From contig CBFGXP010000001.1 of the NCBI GenBank assembly GCA_965652775.1, forward strand, positions 1 through 59,421: a stretch of 59,421 bases of DNA. The letters run 5' to 3'. Position numbers and translations under genes: made by a program. This document shows positions 44,251-53,881 of the stretch, in pieces; the first letter of the stretch is position 1, and every line of letters starts with the position of its first letter. Origin of the DNA: an uncultured bacterium. Its GTDB lineage: Bacteria; Bacteroidota; Bacteroidia; Chitinophagales; Chitinophagaceae. The notes beneath the pieces are model-generated. The model saw only the letters and a list, made by a program, of their open reading frames with translations. It did no database searches and was not told the origin of the DNA.

Positions 44251-45409
44251 AATTCATCAACCATTCATAAAACAAAGGAAACTCAATCCGCCATCTTGCT
44301 TCATTATGTTTTCCTCCTGATCTTATTACTGCAGCCATTCTTGATTTTGATACACGATGCATTTCATTAAATGCCCTGATCGTCATCGGCACCATGGATT
44401 CTCCTTCTTCATCGCCGGCGTAGAAATAGATCTTTGCTTTTACCTTTTTACCTTTTGCTCTTATATCATCAAAAATTTTGGGACCAACCCAAAATGCAGG
44501 GGAAAAAACTCCGGCTCCTCCAAACACTTTTGGATATTTCAATACTGCATACATTGAAATAAGTCCACCCATGGAGCTGCCTGCCGTAACGGTGTTGTTT
44601 TTGTCTTTAAGTGTCCTGTATCTTTTATCAATAAAAGGCTTCAGAGTCTTTACTAAAAAGTCAACATAATTCACCCCTTCACCTTTGTTTGACCTATTGT
44701 TAGCAGCTATACCACTTAAATTGAAATCGTAAGGAGAGTATTCATTTAATCTCTTATCACCTCCATTATCAATGCCAACCACGATATATTCTTTTGTTTT
44801 TGCTCCAAGGGTATCTATCGCTTCATCCACTCCCCATTCACCGGAAAAGGAAGTGGCATCATCAAATACATTTTGTCCGTCATGCATATACAACACAGGA
44901 TATTTTTTAGTTGAACTGTTATATGATGGCGGCAAATAGATCCATATTCTTCTTGTCCTGTTTAATTGAGGAATGAAAAAAGCTGTATCAATGATGCTGA
45001 CATTTTTATTCGCTGTACTTTTCCTGGGCTGAGATGAAGAAGCAAATAAATCCTTCCATCCTTCAACTGAAAGTTCAACAGTTGCATCGGCATCTATTTT
45101 GAGCGTTCTGTTTCCTATGTCTTTTCCTTCTTTTGTACATTCCACCTTATCCCAACTACCCCTCGTTATTTTATATTCGTAAAAACCCGGATTCAATGAT
45201 AATTCAAGAAAATATCCTTTCTCATTTTTTTGAAACTGGTAACTTTTATTTTGCGGATTCCAGCCATTGAAACTCCCTGCGAGAAAGATCGAAATGTTGG
45301 CGGGACTATTTGAAGGCAATGAATTTATTTCTATTCTTAATTTTTGCTGAGCTGTAACAGGTAAGGTAAAAAGCGTGAGAATAAAAAAGAAAAATATTTT
45401 TCCAGGCAT
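44249..45409 (-). CDS. secreted alpha/beta hydrolase (esterase family) with N-terminal CBM48/early-set-like domain
   Basis: Signal peptide, FLAGSFNGWNP...YEYKITRGSW (glycogen-binding-like), then YMHDGQN and a GSSMGG nucleophile elbow. Confidence 0.7.
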   Translation of the reverse strand: MPGKIFFFFILTLFTLPVTAQQKLRIEINSLPSNSPANISIFLAGSFNGWNPQNKSYQFQKNEKGYFLELSLNPGFYEYKITRGSWDKVECTKEGKDIGNRTLKIDADATVELSVEGWKDLFASSSQPRKSTANKNVSIIDTAFFIPQLNRTRRIWIYLPPSYNSSTKKYPVLYMHDGQNVFDDATSFSGEWGVDEAIDTLGAKTKEYIVVGIDNGGDKRLNEYSPYDFNLSGIAANNRSNKGEGVNYVDFLVKTLKPFIDKRYRTLKDKNNTVTAGSSMGGLISMYAVLKYPKVFGGAGVFSPAFWVGPKIFDDIRAKGKKVKAKIYFYAGDEEGESMVPMTIRAFNEMHRVSKSRMAAVIRSGGKHNEARWRIEFPLFYEWLMN

Positions 45410-45447
45410 AAGTCAAAGTAAAGCAAAACATTTTAATCGCCATCCCG

Positions 45448-46140
45448 CTAATTTACCCGCTTGTCATTTATAGATTTAACCCACTTCTGATTTTTACATA
45501 TTTCACAAGTAACCTGCTTGCCAGGCTTGAGCTCTTTCGTGAACCCGCAATGAGAGCACGAATAAATATCCTGCTTTTTAATTTCCTCTATTTGCTTTTC
45601 AAAAAGCTCCGGGGTTACAGGTAAGCCGTGCTCTGTTTTTTCATCGGGCCAAAAATATATACTTACCTGTCCCGATGCCTCGATATATGCAGATTCTACC
45701 TGTCCAAGATGTTTTACACCGTGTTGCCGTAGATCCTCGAATAACTCATCATGACGAAGGTTTTCCAGTTTCGTATTTTCTACTGCAAAACGACCGTCTT
45801 TGACCAGCCGTGCATGAGTTCCTTCAATTAAGTCATCCAATGCCTGTACCCTTGCAGTTAGAAAATTAATGATCTTATACATTACCACCACGCATGCAAA
45901 AACCAGGATTGCAGGAAGAACACCAACCTTTTTGTAAAACATAGGGTCACCTGCTGCGGAACCCAGTGTAATAATAAGCACCAATTCAAAAACGCCTTGT
46001 TTGGTGCCTCGTCTGCCAATGGCCCTCATGGCCGTGATAGCTACGATAAACATTATAGCACTTCTTAAAAGAACTTCGAATAAAAAATTCCAATCTTCCT
46101 CTCCTAACAGGAGTGTCATCCAATCAATTTGCAGTAGCAT
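45448..46140 (-). CDS. DUF421 (YetF-like) membrane protein with C-terminal CxxC...CxxC zinc-ribbon extension
   Basis: TM N-terminus, GRRGTKQGVFELVLIITLGSAAGD, and a C-terminal CSHCGF...CEICKNQKW. Confidence 0.65.
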   Translation of the reverse strand: MLLQIDWMTLLLGEEDWNFLFEVLLRSAIMFIVAITAMRAIGRRGTKQGVFELVLIITLGSAAGDPMFYKKVGVLPAILVFACVVVMYKIINFLTARVQALDDLIEGTHARLVKDGRFAVENTKLENLRHDELFEDLRQHGVKHLGQVESAYIEASGQVSIYFWPDEKTEHGLPVTPELFEKQIEEIKKQDIYSCSHCGFTKELKPGKQVTCEICKNQKWVKSINDKRVN

Positions 46141-46221
46141 AAACTATCGTTTTATAAAGACCACCAGCAAATTGAGTGCTAAAGTTGACCCGGATCTATC
46201 GTAAAGAATATTAACTAACCA

Positions 46222-49200
46222 TTAGCCTTTCTTCACCGTATCAGCCACAGGCTTTTTAGGTTTGATAAAAATATTTTTGATCTTGTCCTTAAGCGGATCA
46301 CTTTTCTTTTTTGAAGTATCTGCCGGGTTATTTGCTTTTACCGTATCCTTACCAAATACCTGCTCCAATAATTTTTCCTTCGCTTCGTCTTTCGCTTTCT
46401 CTTTTATCACAATCAAGGAATCTTTTGCCCGTGCTTTAGCACTGTCAATTTTTTGCCGGGCAAAATCCTTTGCCTGTTCTTTTAATTCATCTGCTGCATC
46501 CCCAACTACTTTTTGCAGGTCAATTTTTATAGAAGGATTCGTGACTGTCCCACCCATTTTTACGCTCAGGTCGACCATCTCGCTAAGTTTTACAGGGATT
46601 CCCTTGCTCGTTGCCTGGGTGATGAGTCCATTCACCAAATTATTTCCTTCATTGCCAAGATATTTTCGTGGCACTTTCATTTCAATTATATAATCTATCG
46701 ATTGATCAAAGCCGTGCAAACCGCCGATCTGCATTTCAATGTCATTTATTTTCACATGGAAGGGTTTTACCAGTACTTTTCCATTGGCAAATTCAATAAA
46801 CTGTCTCACATCTCTTAATGTTATCGACTTCAGGTGATCGATCTGTAGCGTATTGGCTATTTGTTCCAGCGGTGCGAATTTTTTCAGTAACCCCTCGATC
46901 AATAAAAGATTTCCTTTACCAGACAATGTATTCAGATCAGGCATCATATTGCCATTCAGATTACCCGTCATCGAAAGTTGTGATTGAATTTTACCTCCAA
47001 GGAATTGACCGATTGGCATAAGTTTCTGAACGGTATTGAATGCATAAAAGGTTTTTTGGATATCCAGATCTTTTACGTCATAGTTAATATTGATCGCCGG
47101 GTCTTTTTTATTTGTTTTGGTAGAATAAGAGCCGTTAAAGTTCATAGTTCCGTCCAAAGCTTCCGTTTTTACATCCTTGAGTTTTACGGTTTCATCGGCC
47201 AATAATAATGTTCCATTAATATTATTATAATCTACTTTATCGTATTTTACTTTATCCGCTTTTGCATTGATAGTTAAGTCAATATTTGCCGGAACAATAA
47301 ATGGACCGGCAGAAGATGTAGTGGAAGCAGTCGTTGTCGTATCAGTTCCCATCCAGTCATTCAGGTTTATTTTATCAGCCGTTATATTTAATTCCCCTGT
47401 CAATCTCTGATCCTGCATGATAAAACCAATAAGATTGTCTAATACCCCTTTACCAGTAAAATCAGAATTAAGATAGCTTCCATTAAAATTCTTACATAAA
47501 ACCATTTTGTCGATGAATTGCAGGTTAGCATTAGAAACCGTTATTCCTTTGGGATAATCTCCTGAAACATATTTCAGGTTATTAATGATGGCATTCCCAT
47601 TAATATTGATCTTGTCATACTCTCCTTTATCTATTGCCGCTTTATTTCCGCTAAACCCCAGATCAGCATTTAATATACCCGAAATACTTGTTCCAGGGTC
47701 AAGCTTTACAAATTGTTTAAGGTTATCAAGCGTAAGCCTTCCCTCAGCGGTTCCGGAAAAATCAACAGTTGAAATCGGTTTACGTAACTGTAATGTGAAA
47801 TCCACCGGGTCCTGTCCTACCTGAATATGACCAGATGAAATATCGATTGAAGTATTATCCGCAATCCCCCCATTATTTACCAGCTGGACTTTCATATTCC
47901 CATTTTGGATGGGCTGCGGAAAAACAGGCGAGGAATAAAACAGGTTCTTAATATCAAGAAATCCACCTGCATTAAAACTACCTTCCTGGTTTTGCAAAGC
48001 AGACATATCCCCTCTTACAAATGCATCGGCCCAGACAAGTCCTGCGAGTTTAGTGCTATTTTCAAGTTTTACAAATTTTGACAAATTTGCAAGATCAAGC
48101 TTGCCTTTTATTGCTGCATCAATGTATTTATTTGTCTCAGGATTCCTGAATAACAACCTGAAATCAAATGGCTCATTATCCATTTCTGCATGGCCTTTGG
48201 AAATATCAATGACTGCATTATCCGCTTTACCGTCCGGATTAGTTGCATGTAACGCCAGTTGAATATTTTTTACAGGTTTTGGAAGATCAGGATATTGAAA
48301 GAAACCATCTTTTATTTCAAGGTTAATATCATAGGCCGGCATTTGCTGCGGGCTGTATGTACCTTTTACAAAACCATTAAATGCGGCCTGCCCGCTGGTT
48401 TTAATATTGTCAAAATCCTTTTTGTAAATACCGGGTATCAATGAAAGGATATCTTTAAATTCATTAGAAGGAGTTTTGAATTTAATATCCATATTGTACG
48501 TACTGTCGTTCACTAACTGGAAAAACCCTTCTGCATTCAGATCCAGGTTATTCAATTTTATCGATTCAGTTTTAAAAGTGTATTTACTATTTGTATTGTC
48601 AACTTGAATATCTGCATTGATCTCCGCGTTGGCATTATTGAGATAAGGGATAGTTGTATAAATAAACCCCGCATTATCGGCTCTTGTTTTTGTTTTCAGC
48701 GTAAATATATCGGAAGTAAAATCGCCGCTGCCTTCATGATCAAAGTTTGCGATCTCAGTGCTTATACCTGCAGTTTCATCTTTGTAATACAGGTATCCAT
48801 TTTTGATCTCATATTTCTGCAGGTTCATTTTGAATTCAGATGGTGAAGCATCAGGCGACCCGGTTGTATCATCATCCGCACGGGCAATATCCCAGTTTGC
48901 TTTGCCATCTTTATTCATCAATGCATGTATGCGGGGTGACTCCAGGAACACGCCATATACTCTGATATCTTTTCCTTTGATGGCGCTGATCAAATTGACC
49001 GAAACATCTAATGTTTTTGCAGCGATCAATGTGTCTTTAGCAAATTCACTTGTACCTATAACAGATATCCCGTCGAGTGAAATAGATACTTTTGGGAAAT
49101 GCCGGAATAGTGAAAGATTGACATCTTTAAAATCAACTTTAGCAACAAGTGATTTATTGATCTCTTTCTTGACAAGCTCAGTTATCTGTTTTTTAAAAAC

Positions 49201-49284
49201 GATTGGAATTAAAAAAGCAGCAGCGACCAGCACAAGCAATAGAATGCCCGTTATTGCCAGGGTTTTTCTTAGAACCTTCTTCAT
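46222..49284 (-). CDS. AsmA family protein
   Basis: 1020 aa with a single N-terminal TM, a long beta-rich repetitive body and a Lys-rich tail. The N-terminus KKQITELVKKEINKSLVAKVDFKDVNLSLF is typical of AsmA. Confidence 0.75.
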   Translation of the reverse strand: MKKVLRKTLAITGILLLVLVAAAFLIPIVFKKQITELVKKEINKSLVAKVDFKDVNLSLFRHFPKVSISLDGISVIGTSEFAKDTLIAAKTLDVSVNLISAIKGKDIRVYGVFLESPRIHALMNKDGKANWDIARADDDTTGSPDASPSEFKMNLQKYEIKNGYLYYKDETAGISTEIANFDHEGSGDFTSDIFTLKTKTRADNAGFIYTTIPYLNNANAEINADIQVDNTNSKYTFKTESIKLNNLDLNAEGFFQLVNDSTYNMDIKFKTPSNEFKDILSLIPGIYKKDFDNIKTSGQAAFNGFVKGTYSPQQMPAYDINLEIKDGFFQYPDLPKPVKNIQLALHATNPDGKADNAVIDISKGHAEMDNEPFDFRLLFRNPETNKYIDAAIKGKLDLANLSKFVKLENSTKLAGLVWADAFVRGDMSALQNQEGSFNAGGFLDIKNLFYSSPVFPQPIQNGNMKVQLVNNGGIADNTSIDISSGHIQVGQDPVDFTLQLRKPISTVDFSGTAEGRLTLDNLKQFVKLDPGTSISGILNADLGFSGNKAAIDKGEYDKININGNAIINNLKYVSGDYPKGITVSNANLQFIDKMVLCKNFNGSYLNSDFTGKGVLDNLIGFIMQDQRLTGELNITADKINLNDWMGTDTTTTASTTSSAGPFIVPANIDLTINAKADKVKYDKVDYNNINGTLLLADETVKLKDVKTEALDGTMNFNGSYSTKTNKKDPAININYDVKDLDIQKTFYAFNTVQKLMPIGQFLGGKIQSQLSMTGNLNGNMMPDLNTLSGKGNLLLIEGLLKKFAPLEQIANTLQIDHLKSITLRDVRQFIEFANGKVLVKPFHVKINDIEMQIGGLHGFDQSIDYIIEMKVPRKYLGNEGNNLVNGLITQATSKGIPVKLSEMVDLSVKMGGTVTNPSIKIDLQKVVGDAADELKEQAKDFARQKIDSAKARAKDSLIVIKEKAKDEAKEKLLEQVFGKDTVKANNPADTSKKKSDPLKDKIKNIFIKPKKPVADTVKKG

Positions 49285-49484
49285 AGCGGATGGTTAATAT
49301 TGGTTATCGTTTTCAAAAAGGCAAAGTTAATGACAATAAAACCGGTCTAAACCGTAAATACCTTTGGTTTTATTACATAGTGACCTGCGTAAGTTTCTCT
49401 CAACTCGACAAAAAAATATGGGCGGATAGAATATATTATGAAAGGAGAAACAGTTTAAATACAAAAACTCTATCTTTAAATTGA

Positions 49485-49841
49485 ATGAAGACCCGGGCTT
49501 CCATACTAATGGCTCTTTGGAGTTTACTGCTTATCGAGCCTCTTTCTGCCAATTTAAGTATTAATACATTTTATTCTTCTTGTTCAAAGCAACAAGAGGT
49601 GGAATCATCATGCTCCAAATCAAAATGCGATAAACCACAGGATGACGGCGAAGAAAATGATTGTGAGGATAACCGGTGCAACCCCTTAATGTCCTGTCCG
49701 ACTGGAAATTTTTATTTGTTTGGTCAGTCATATTTATCAGTTGATCCTTTTGTTCTTTCAAAACAAAAAAAGGCGCTGATAAATGATAACCGCATTCAGA
49801 AACAACTAACCGAGTGCTGGCACCCCCCTGAAATAATTTAA
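49485..49841 (+). CDS. secreted or membrane Cys-rich hypothetical protein (DUF6660-like by recollection)
   Basis: 118 aa with a hydrophobic N-terminus, seven Cys within about 45 residues (CSK...CSKSKCDK...CEDNRCNPLMSC) and a C-terminal ECWHPPEII. That C-terminus resembles the WQPP ending I recall for DUF6660. Confidence 0.45.
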   Translation: MKTRASILMALWSLLLIEPLSANLSINTFYSSCSKQQEVESSCSKSKCDKPQDDGEENDCEDNRCNPLMSCPTGNFYLFGQSYLSVDPFVLSKQKKALINDNRIQKQLTECWHPPEII

Positions 49842-49883
49842 TCTCTCAATAATTAAATTATTTAATAATCAAAAAATCATAAG

Positions 49884-50153
49884 ATGAAAAAAATACTGGT
49901 AGCAATACTGGCTGTTAGCTTATTGTCTTTACCTGCCATGGCATCAACTGATGGCGGTAAGAAAAAAGCCAGGAAAAAGGCTAAAACCGAGATCAGCAAA
50001 GACAATACTTGCGATCCTAAAAGCTGTGATCCTAAAAATTGTGATCCAAAGAATTGTGATCCCAAAAATTGCGATCCAAAGAATTGTCAATACCCTTCTG
50101 GTAACAAAGAAGAGAAATGCTCAGCAGCATCCGAATGCACGGGCAATAAATAA
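49884..50153 (+). CDS. small secreted Cys-rich protein with five tandem CDPK(N/S) pentapeptide repeats
   Basis: 89 aa with the signal peptide MKKILVAILAVSLLSLPAMA, a basic stretch GGKKKARKKAK, then CDPKS CDPKN CDPKN CDPKN CDPKN C and a CSAASEC tail. A strong terminator follows at 50173-50208. Confidence 0.6.
   Translation: MKKILVAILAVSLLSLPAMASTDGGKKKARKKAKTEISKDNTCDPKSCDPKNCDPKNCDPKNCDPKNCQYPSGNKEEKCSAASECTGNK
50010..50087 (+). repeat. five tandem 15-nt repeats encoding CDPK(N/S)
   Basis: TGCGATCCTAAAAGC TGTGATCCTAAAAAT TGTGATCCAAAGAAT TGTGATCCCAAAAAT TGCGATCCAAAGAAT TGT. Differences are mostly synonymous third-position changes. Confidence 0.9.
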
Positions 50154-50172
50154 ATGTTGAAAGATACATTTG

Positions 50173-50208
50173 AGCCACTTCCGACAGGGAGTGGCTTTTT
50201 ATTTTTTT
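50173..50208 (+). terminator. rho-independent terminator after the Cys-rich gene pair
   Basis: AGCCACT (50173-50179) pairs with AGTGGCT (50190-50196), followed by TTTTTATTTTTTT. Confidence 0.8.
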
Positions 50209-50253
50209 GTTATTAATGCGATGAATATGCAATGGTACTGCGTGTAATAAGAA

Positions 50254-51885
50254 TTATTCTTTGTTGATAATCCCAGCCTTCTTTTTAAATATTTCCCATT
50301 CTTTCAGCATCTCATTAAATTTTTTTGGATTTGATTTTGAAAGATCGTTTGATTCTCCCAGGTCTTCTGCAAGGTTATACAAAGCAAATGCAGTTTCATT
50401 AAAAGGTTGACTAATATTTGTGATCTTCCAGTTACCTTTTATGAGGAGGCATTGTCCATCATGTTCCAATCCAAAAACATAGTTGCTGTGATGAACCGTA
50501 TTAGTTCTTACACTGATAAATGGAAGACATGACTCCCCTAACATCGGTACAACTTTTTTACCATTATACACAGTGGGGTATCTGATGCCCGCTAACTCAA
50601 GAAATGTCGGGGCAAGATCCATGACGCTGATGAATGTATTATGAACACCGGGTTTTCTTACCACCTGTTTTCCGGTAATGATAAGCGGTGTTACAATACC
50701 TCCCTCGGTTGAGTAATATTTAAATAAATTAAATGGTGCTGCTCCAGCCTGTGCCCATTGAGGTCCATATGAAACAAATGAAGATGGCTTCCCCATATTT
50801 TCATATTCATTATTGTAATGCTTCCGCAGAAAAGGTCCAAACCCGGCGGGCAGATTATAAAAATCTTCGGCTGCAGCTCCGTTATCTGACATAAAAAAAA
50901 TGATCGTGTTATCAAACTGCCCGGACTGTTTCAAATATTGTATCATTTGGCCGATACGTTCATCAAGATGTTCGACCATGGCGGCATATAGTTCCATTTT
51001 TCTTGATTCGATCTTTTTTTCTTCAGGAGATAGGCTTGTCCATGGTTTGATCTGCGAGGCGCGGGATGGCAATCGTGCACTTGAAGGTATGATCCCTATT
51101 GCTTTTTGCTGGTTAAAGCGTAGCACACGGAGTGAATCATAACCCATATCATACTTCCCTTTATATCGATCCAAATATTCCGCAGGAACCTGTAGTGGCC
51201 AATGCGGCGCAGTATAAGTGAGTAATGCAAAAAATGGTTTATCCTCCTGTCTATCTTTAATAAACCCTATCATCTTTTCTGTGTAGACATCAGTTGAAAA
51301 TCTTCCTTCCGGAAAAAGTACGGGCTGGTTATCCTGCCTGTATTGAGGAGGCTGAGTTTCAAAGATTGGGTTGTTAGTAAAATGATTCGCTCCTCCGTTA
51401 AGCAAGACAAAACTTTTTTCGAATCCTTTTGCATAGGGTATATAAGGATCTTCATAGCCTATATGCCATTTGCCTGACATGAATGTCTGGTAACCTCCAT
51501 TTTTTAATAACTGCGCAACAGGCACTATCCTGTCTGTGAGATGGCCTTCGTATCCAGGTTTACCTTCTCTTGTAGTTCCCTTAACAGGAAACATAGACCC
51601 GATACCGGCAACATGATTGTCATTACCTGATAATAACATAGCCCGGGTAGGTGCACACATGGGCGATGTGTGAAAATTGGTGAATTGAATACCTTGCTTA
51701 GCAAGCAGATCTATGTTCGGAGTTTTTATATCGCCACCATAACAGCCAAGATCAGTATACCCCAGATCATCTGCAACGATCAATAATATATTGGGCCGGT
51801 TATGTTGTTTTGACTGAGCATAGATGAGATTATCGGCAATTGTGAACGACAATACTAATAGGGCCAGGTTTATTTTTTTTCTCAT
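50254..51885 (-). CDS. arylsulfatase (Cys-type, formylglycine-dependent)
   Basis: Signal peptide, ILLIVADDLGY, the SPMCAPTRAMLLSG (CxPxR) motif and a GKWH motif. Confidence 0.9.
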   Translation of the reverse strand: MRKKINLALLVLSFTIADNLIYAQSKQHNRPNILLIVADDLGYTDLGCYGGDIKTPNIDLLAKQGIQFTNFHTSPMCAPTRAMLLSGNDNHVAGIGSMFPVKGTTREGKPGYEGHLTDRIVPVAQLLKNGGYQTFMSGKWHIGYEDPYIPYAKGFEKSFVLLNGGANHFTNNPIFETQPPQYRQDNQPVLFPEGRFSTDVYTEKMIGFIKDRQEDKPFFALLTYTAPHWPLQVPAEYLDRYKGKYDMGYDSLRVLRFNQQKAIGIIPSSARLPSRASQIKPWTSLSPEEKKIESRKMELYAAMVEHLDERIGQMIQYLKQSGQFDNTIIFFMSDNGAAAEDFYNLPAGFGPFLRKHYNNEYENMGKPSSFVSYGPQWAQAGAAPFNLFKYYSTEGGIVTPLIITGKQVVRKPGVHNTFISVMDLAPTFLELAGIRYPTVYNGKKVVPMLGESCLPFISVRTNTVHHSNYVFGLEHDGQCLLIKGNWKITNISQPFNETAFALYNLAEDLGESNDLSKSNPKKFNEMLKEWEIFKKKAGIINKE

Positions 51886-51960
51886 ATTTATTGGCGATTA
51901 TTTTCAGACAGCATCGATTTTACTTGCAGCTCAAGTTACAAATTTTGGATATGCCATCCA

Positions 51961-52458
51961 TTAAACCGAAAATATGTAAAACTTACTGTCAACTTCCATT
52001 ACAGGAAAAGTTCCGGGTAAATCTTGCTTTTCTATTTCTTTGAAGCCATTTTTTTCGTAAAATCGTTGAGCTGCAATAAACTTTTCGGTTGTACCCAAAA
52101 ATATTTCTGTAAATCCTTTTTCCCTGGCCCAATCAACTAATGTATTCAACAGCTTTTGCCCCACACCAAATTCTTTGCCTCTGTAATCTTTATCAACAAA
52201 CATTTTGCGTAATGCACCCTTGCGATTTCCAATATCCAATAAAGAAATCGTTCCTATTATTTTGCTGTCACTTTTCGCGATCCAAAAGTTCCCGCTATTT
52301 ATTTGATAAAATCCAGGGATCTCATTTAAGTCCGGCTGCATTTCTAAAGTTATAGGTATGTCGAACTCATCATTCTGGATATGCAGAATTAAAGCAGCAA
52401 CATCTTTCTTATTAATATCCGTATATGCTTCGATAATTACCTCGCTATTTGTTCTCAC
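51961..52458 (-). CDS. GNAT family N-acetyltransferase
   Basis: 165 aa with LRKMFVDKDYRGKEFGVGQKLL (acetyl-CoA binding motif A). Confidence 0.8.
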   Translation of the reverse strand: MRTNSEVIIEAYTDINKKDVAALILHIQNDEFDIPITLEMQPDLNEIPGFYQINSGNFWIAKSDSKIIGTISLLDIGNRKGALRKMFVDKDYRGKEFGVGQKLLNTLVDWAREKGFTEIFLGTTEKFIAAQRFYEKNGFKEIEKQDLPGTFPVMEVDSKFYIFSV

Positions 52459-52661
52459 CTGTCCATGGGTTTAATTCATTTTCCGTTGTTGCCCTGAAGA
52501 ACCATGAGGGAAGTGACTCGTCTCAACCTTGATTTTTTGGGGCTTTTTTGTATCGCCTAAGTTGATACGAAAAATTAATTCAGGGAACAAAAGATGTCCA
52601 TCGTGTGTCGTGTCAAAAACTATAAAGGAAGGATTATGATCTATGCCGACGTTGACCTGTC

Positions 52662-53111
52662 CTACATATCCGGAATTTCCGGCTCAACCAGTTTTTTCAA
52701 TTTTTCCAATGACTCCTGCCATCCCAAATAACACATATCCGGCGGGATCATTTCAGGAATACCTTCCTGTGTCACTTTCAATTCAGTGCCGGCAGAAACT
52801 TTCTTAAGCCAAACTGAAGTGATCATTTCTCCCGGCAAATTCGGGTCATCAAATTTATCAGTATACTTTAAAAACTCATTTGGTTTAAGTTCCAAATATT
52901 TTCCGCCAAAAGAATGTCCATTGCCGGTAGTAAAATTTATAAAGGACATTTTGTAACTCCCGCCAACTTTAGCCTCCATATTATGAACCACGCATAGAAA
53001 TCCATAAGGCGGAATCCATGACGCCATAGCATGCGAATCAGTAAAGGCACGATAAACTTTTTCCGGAGTTGCTTTAAGAACTCTGTGTAGCGTTACGCTG
53101 TTTGTTGACAT
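52662..53111 (-). CDS. SRPBCC family protein (AHSA1/Aha1-like)
   Basis: 149 aa with LHRVLKATPEKVYRAFTD...WIPPYGF, typical of the AHSA1 subgroup. Confidence 0.8.
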   Translation of the reverse strand: MSTNSVTLHRVLKATPEKVYRAFTDSHAMASWIPPYGFLCVVHNMEAKVGGSYKMSFINFTTGNGHSFGGKYLELKPNEFLKYTDKFDDPNLPGEMITSVWLKKVSAGTELKVTQEGIPEMIPPDMCYLGWQESLEKLKKLVEPEIPDM

Positions 53112-53156
53112 ATTATTTATTTAAACAAGTTTAAAAGTGTTGTGGAAGAACTGTTG

Positions 53157-53561
53157 TTATTGTTTATTTGGCCGGCCAAAATATAAAACATATCCATCTG
53201 CATCTGTAACTTCAAATCCACGCAAATCATCATCGTTGTCCATGAGTGGTTGAAAAAATTCAACATTGCGTGACGAGAATTCTGCAGCCAGCGCATCAGG
53301 ATCCGGAACATGAAGGTAAGCGTCCCAGCGGGCAATGCCTTGTTGGATATCCCGTGTGTAGTTCGGCACAGGATCGACACCAACATCTTTCATCATGATC
53401 ATCGCGGCACCACGTTGGACGATCCCGAAGAAGATGTCGTCATCGCTGGGTCCCTGAAACGTGATGTCGAACCCGAGACGGTCGCGATAAAATGCCAGCG
53501 CCGCGGGCACATTCTTTACGATGAACAGTGGCGCAATACCGGTAATTTCTTTTTCAGTCAT
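53157..53561 (-). CDS. VOC family protein (glyoxalase/bleomycin-resistance fold)
   Basis: 134 aa with FIVKNVPAALAFYRDRLGF and a C-terminal FEVTDADGYVLYFG. It is visibly more G+C-rich than its neighbours. Confidence 0.8.
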   Translation of the reverse strand: MTEKEITGIAPLFIVKNVPAALAFYRDRLGFDITFQGPSDDDIFFGIVQRGAAMIMMKDVGVDPVPNYTRDIQQGIARWDAYLHVPDPDALAAEFSSRNVEFFQPLMDNDDDLRGFEVTDADGYVLYFGRPNKQ

Positions 53562-53881
53562 GTGACGTTGCAGTTTTCACAATTATCTTATCCCTGATTT
53601 GTTCCTAAAGCTAATTTACTTACTTATTTTTTTTGTTTCCCCCATAAAACCAGCACGGCTATAATGACTTCACAGGTCTTGTAACCAGTAGCTCGGGTAT
53701 TCTCGCTAATGGATTGGAGCAAACTCGCCGGCCTGCGAGAGGTGGATGAATAAATTAAGGCTGGGCCCTTGTTTGCTACGCAGAACTATGAAAGAAAGAG
53801 GCTGATACCAGAACAACATCAATGAGGTAAAAATACGGAAGGCCGTTGTATTGTTGCAAGGACTCTGATATTTCTGTAGTT

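Noticed and set aside
49877-50065. A minus-strand 62-aa ORF with (LGSQ)n repeats
   Set aside because: It is the antisense reading of the CDPKN repeat gene. The plus-strand frame has a signal peptide, shows mostly synonymous repeat variation and is followed by a terminator.
50010-50087. Short tandem repeats, here and in the heptamer arrays, considered as CRISPR-like arrays
   Set aside because: The units are 7 or 15 nt with no spacers, and no cas genes are in the window.
53117-53386. An 89-aa ORF overlapping the VOC gene in another frame
   Set aside because: The overlapping 134-aa frame has clear glyoxalase-fold motifs and the 89-aa frame has none.
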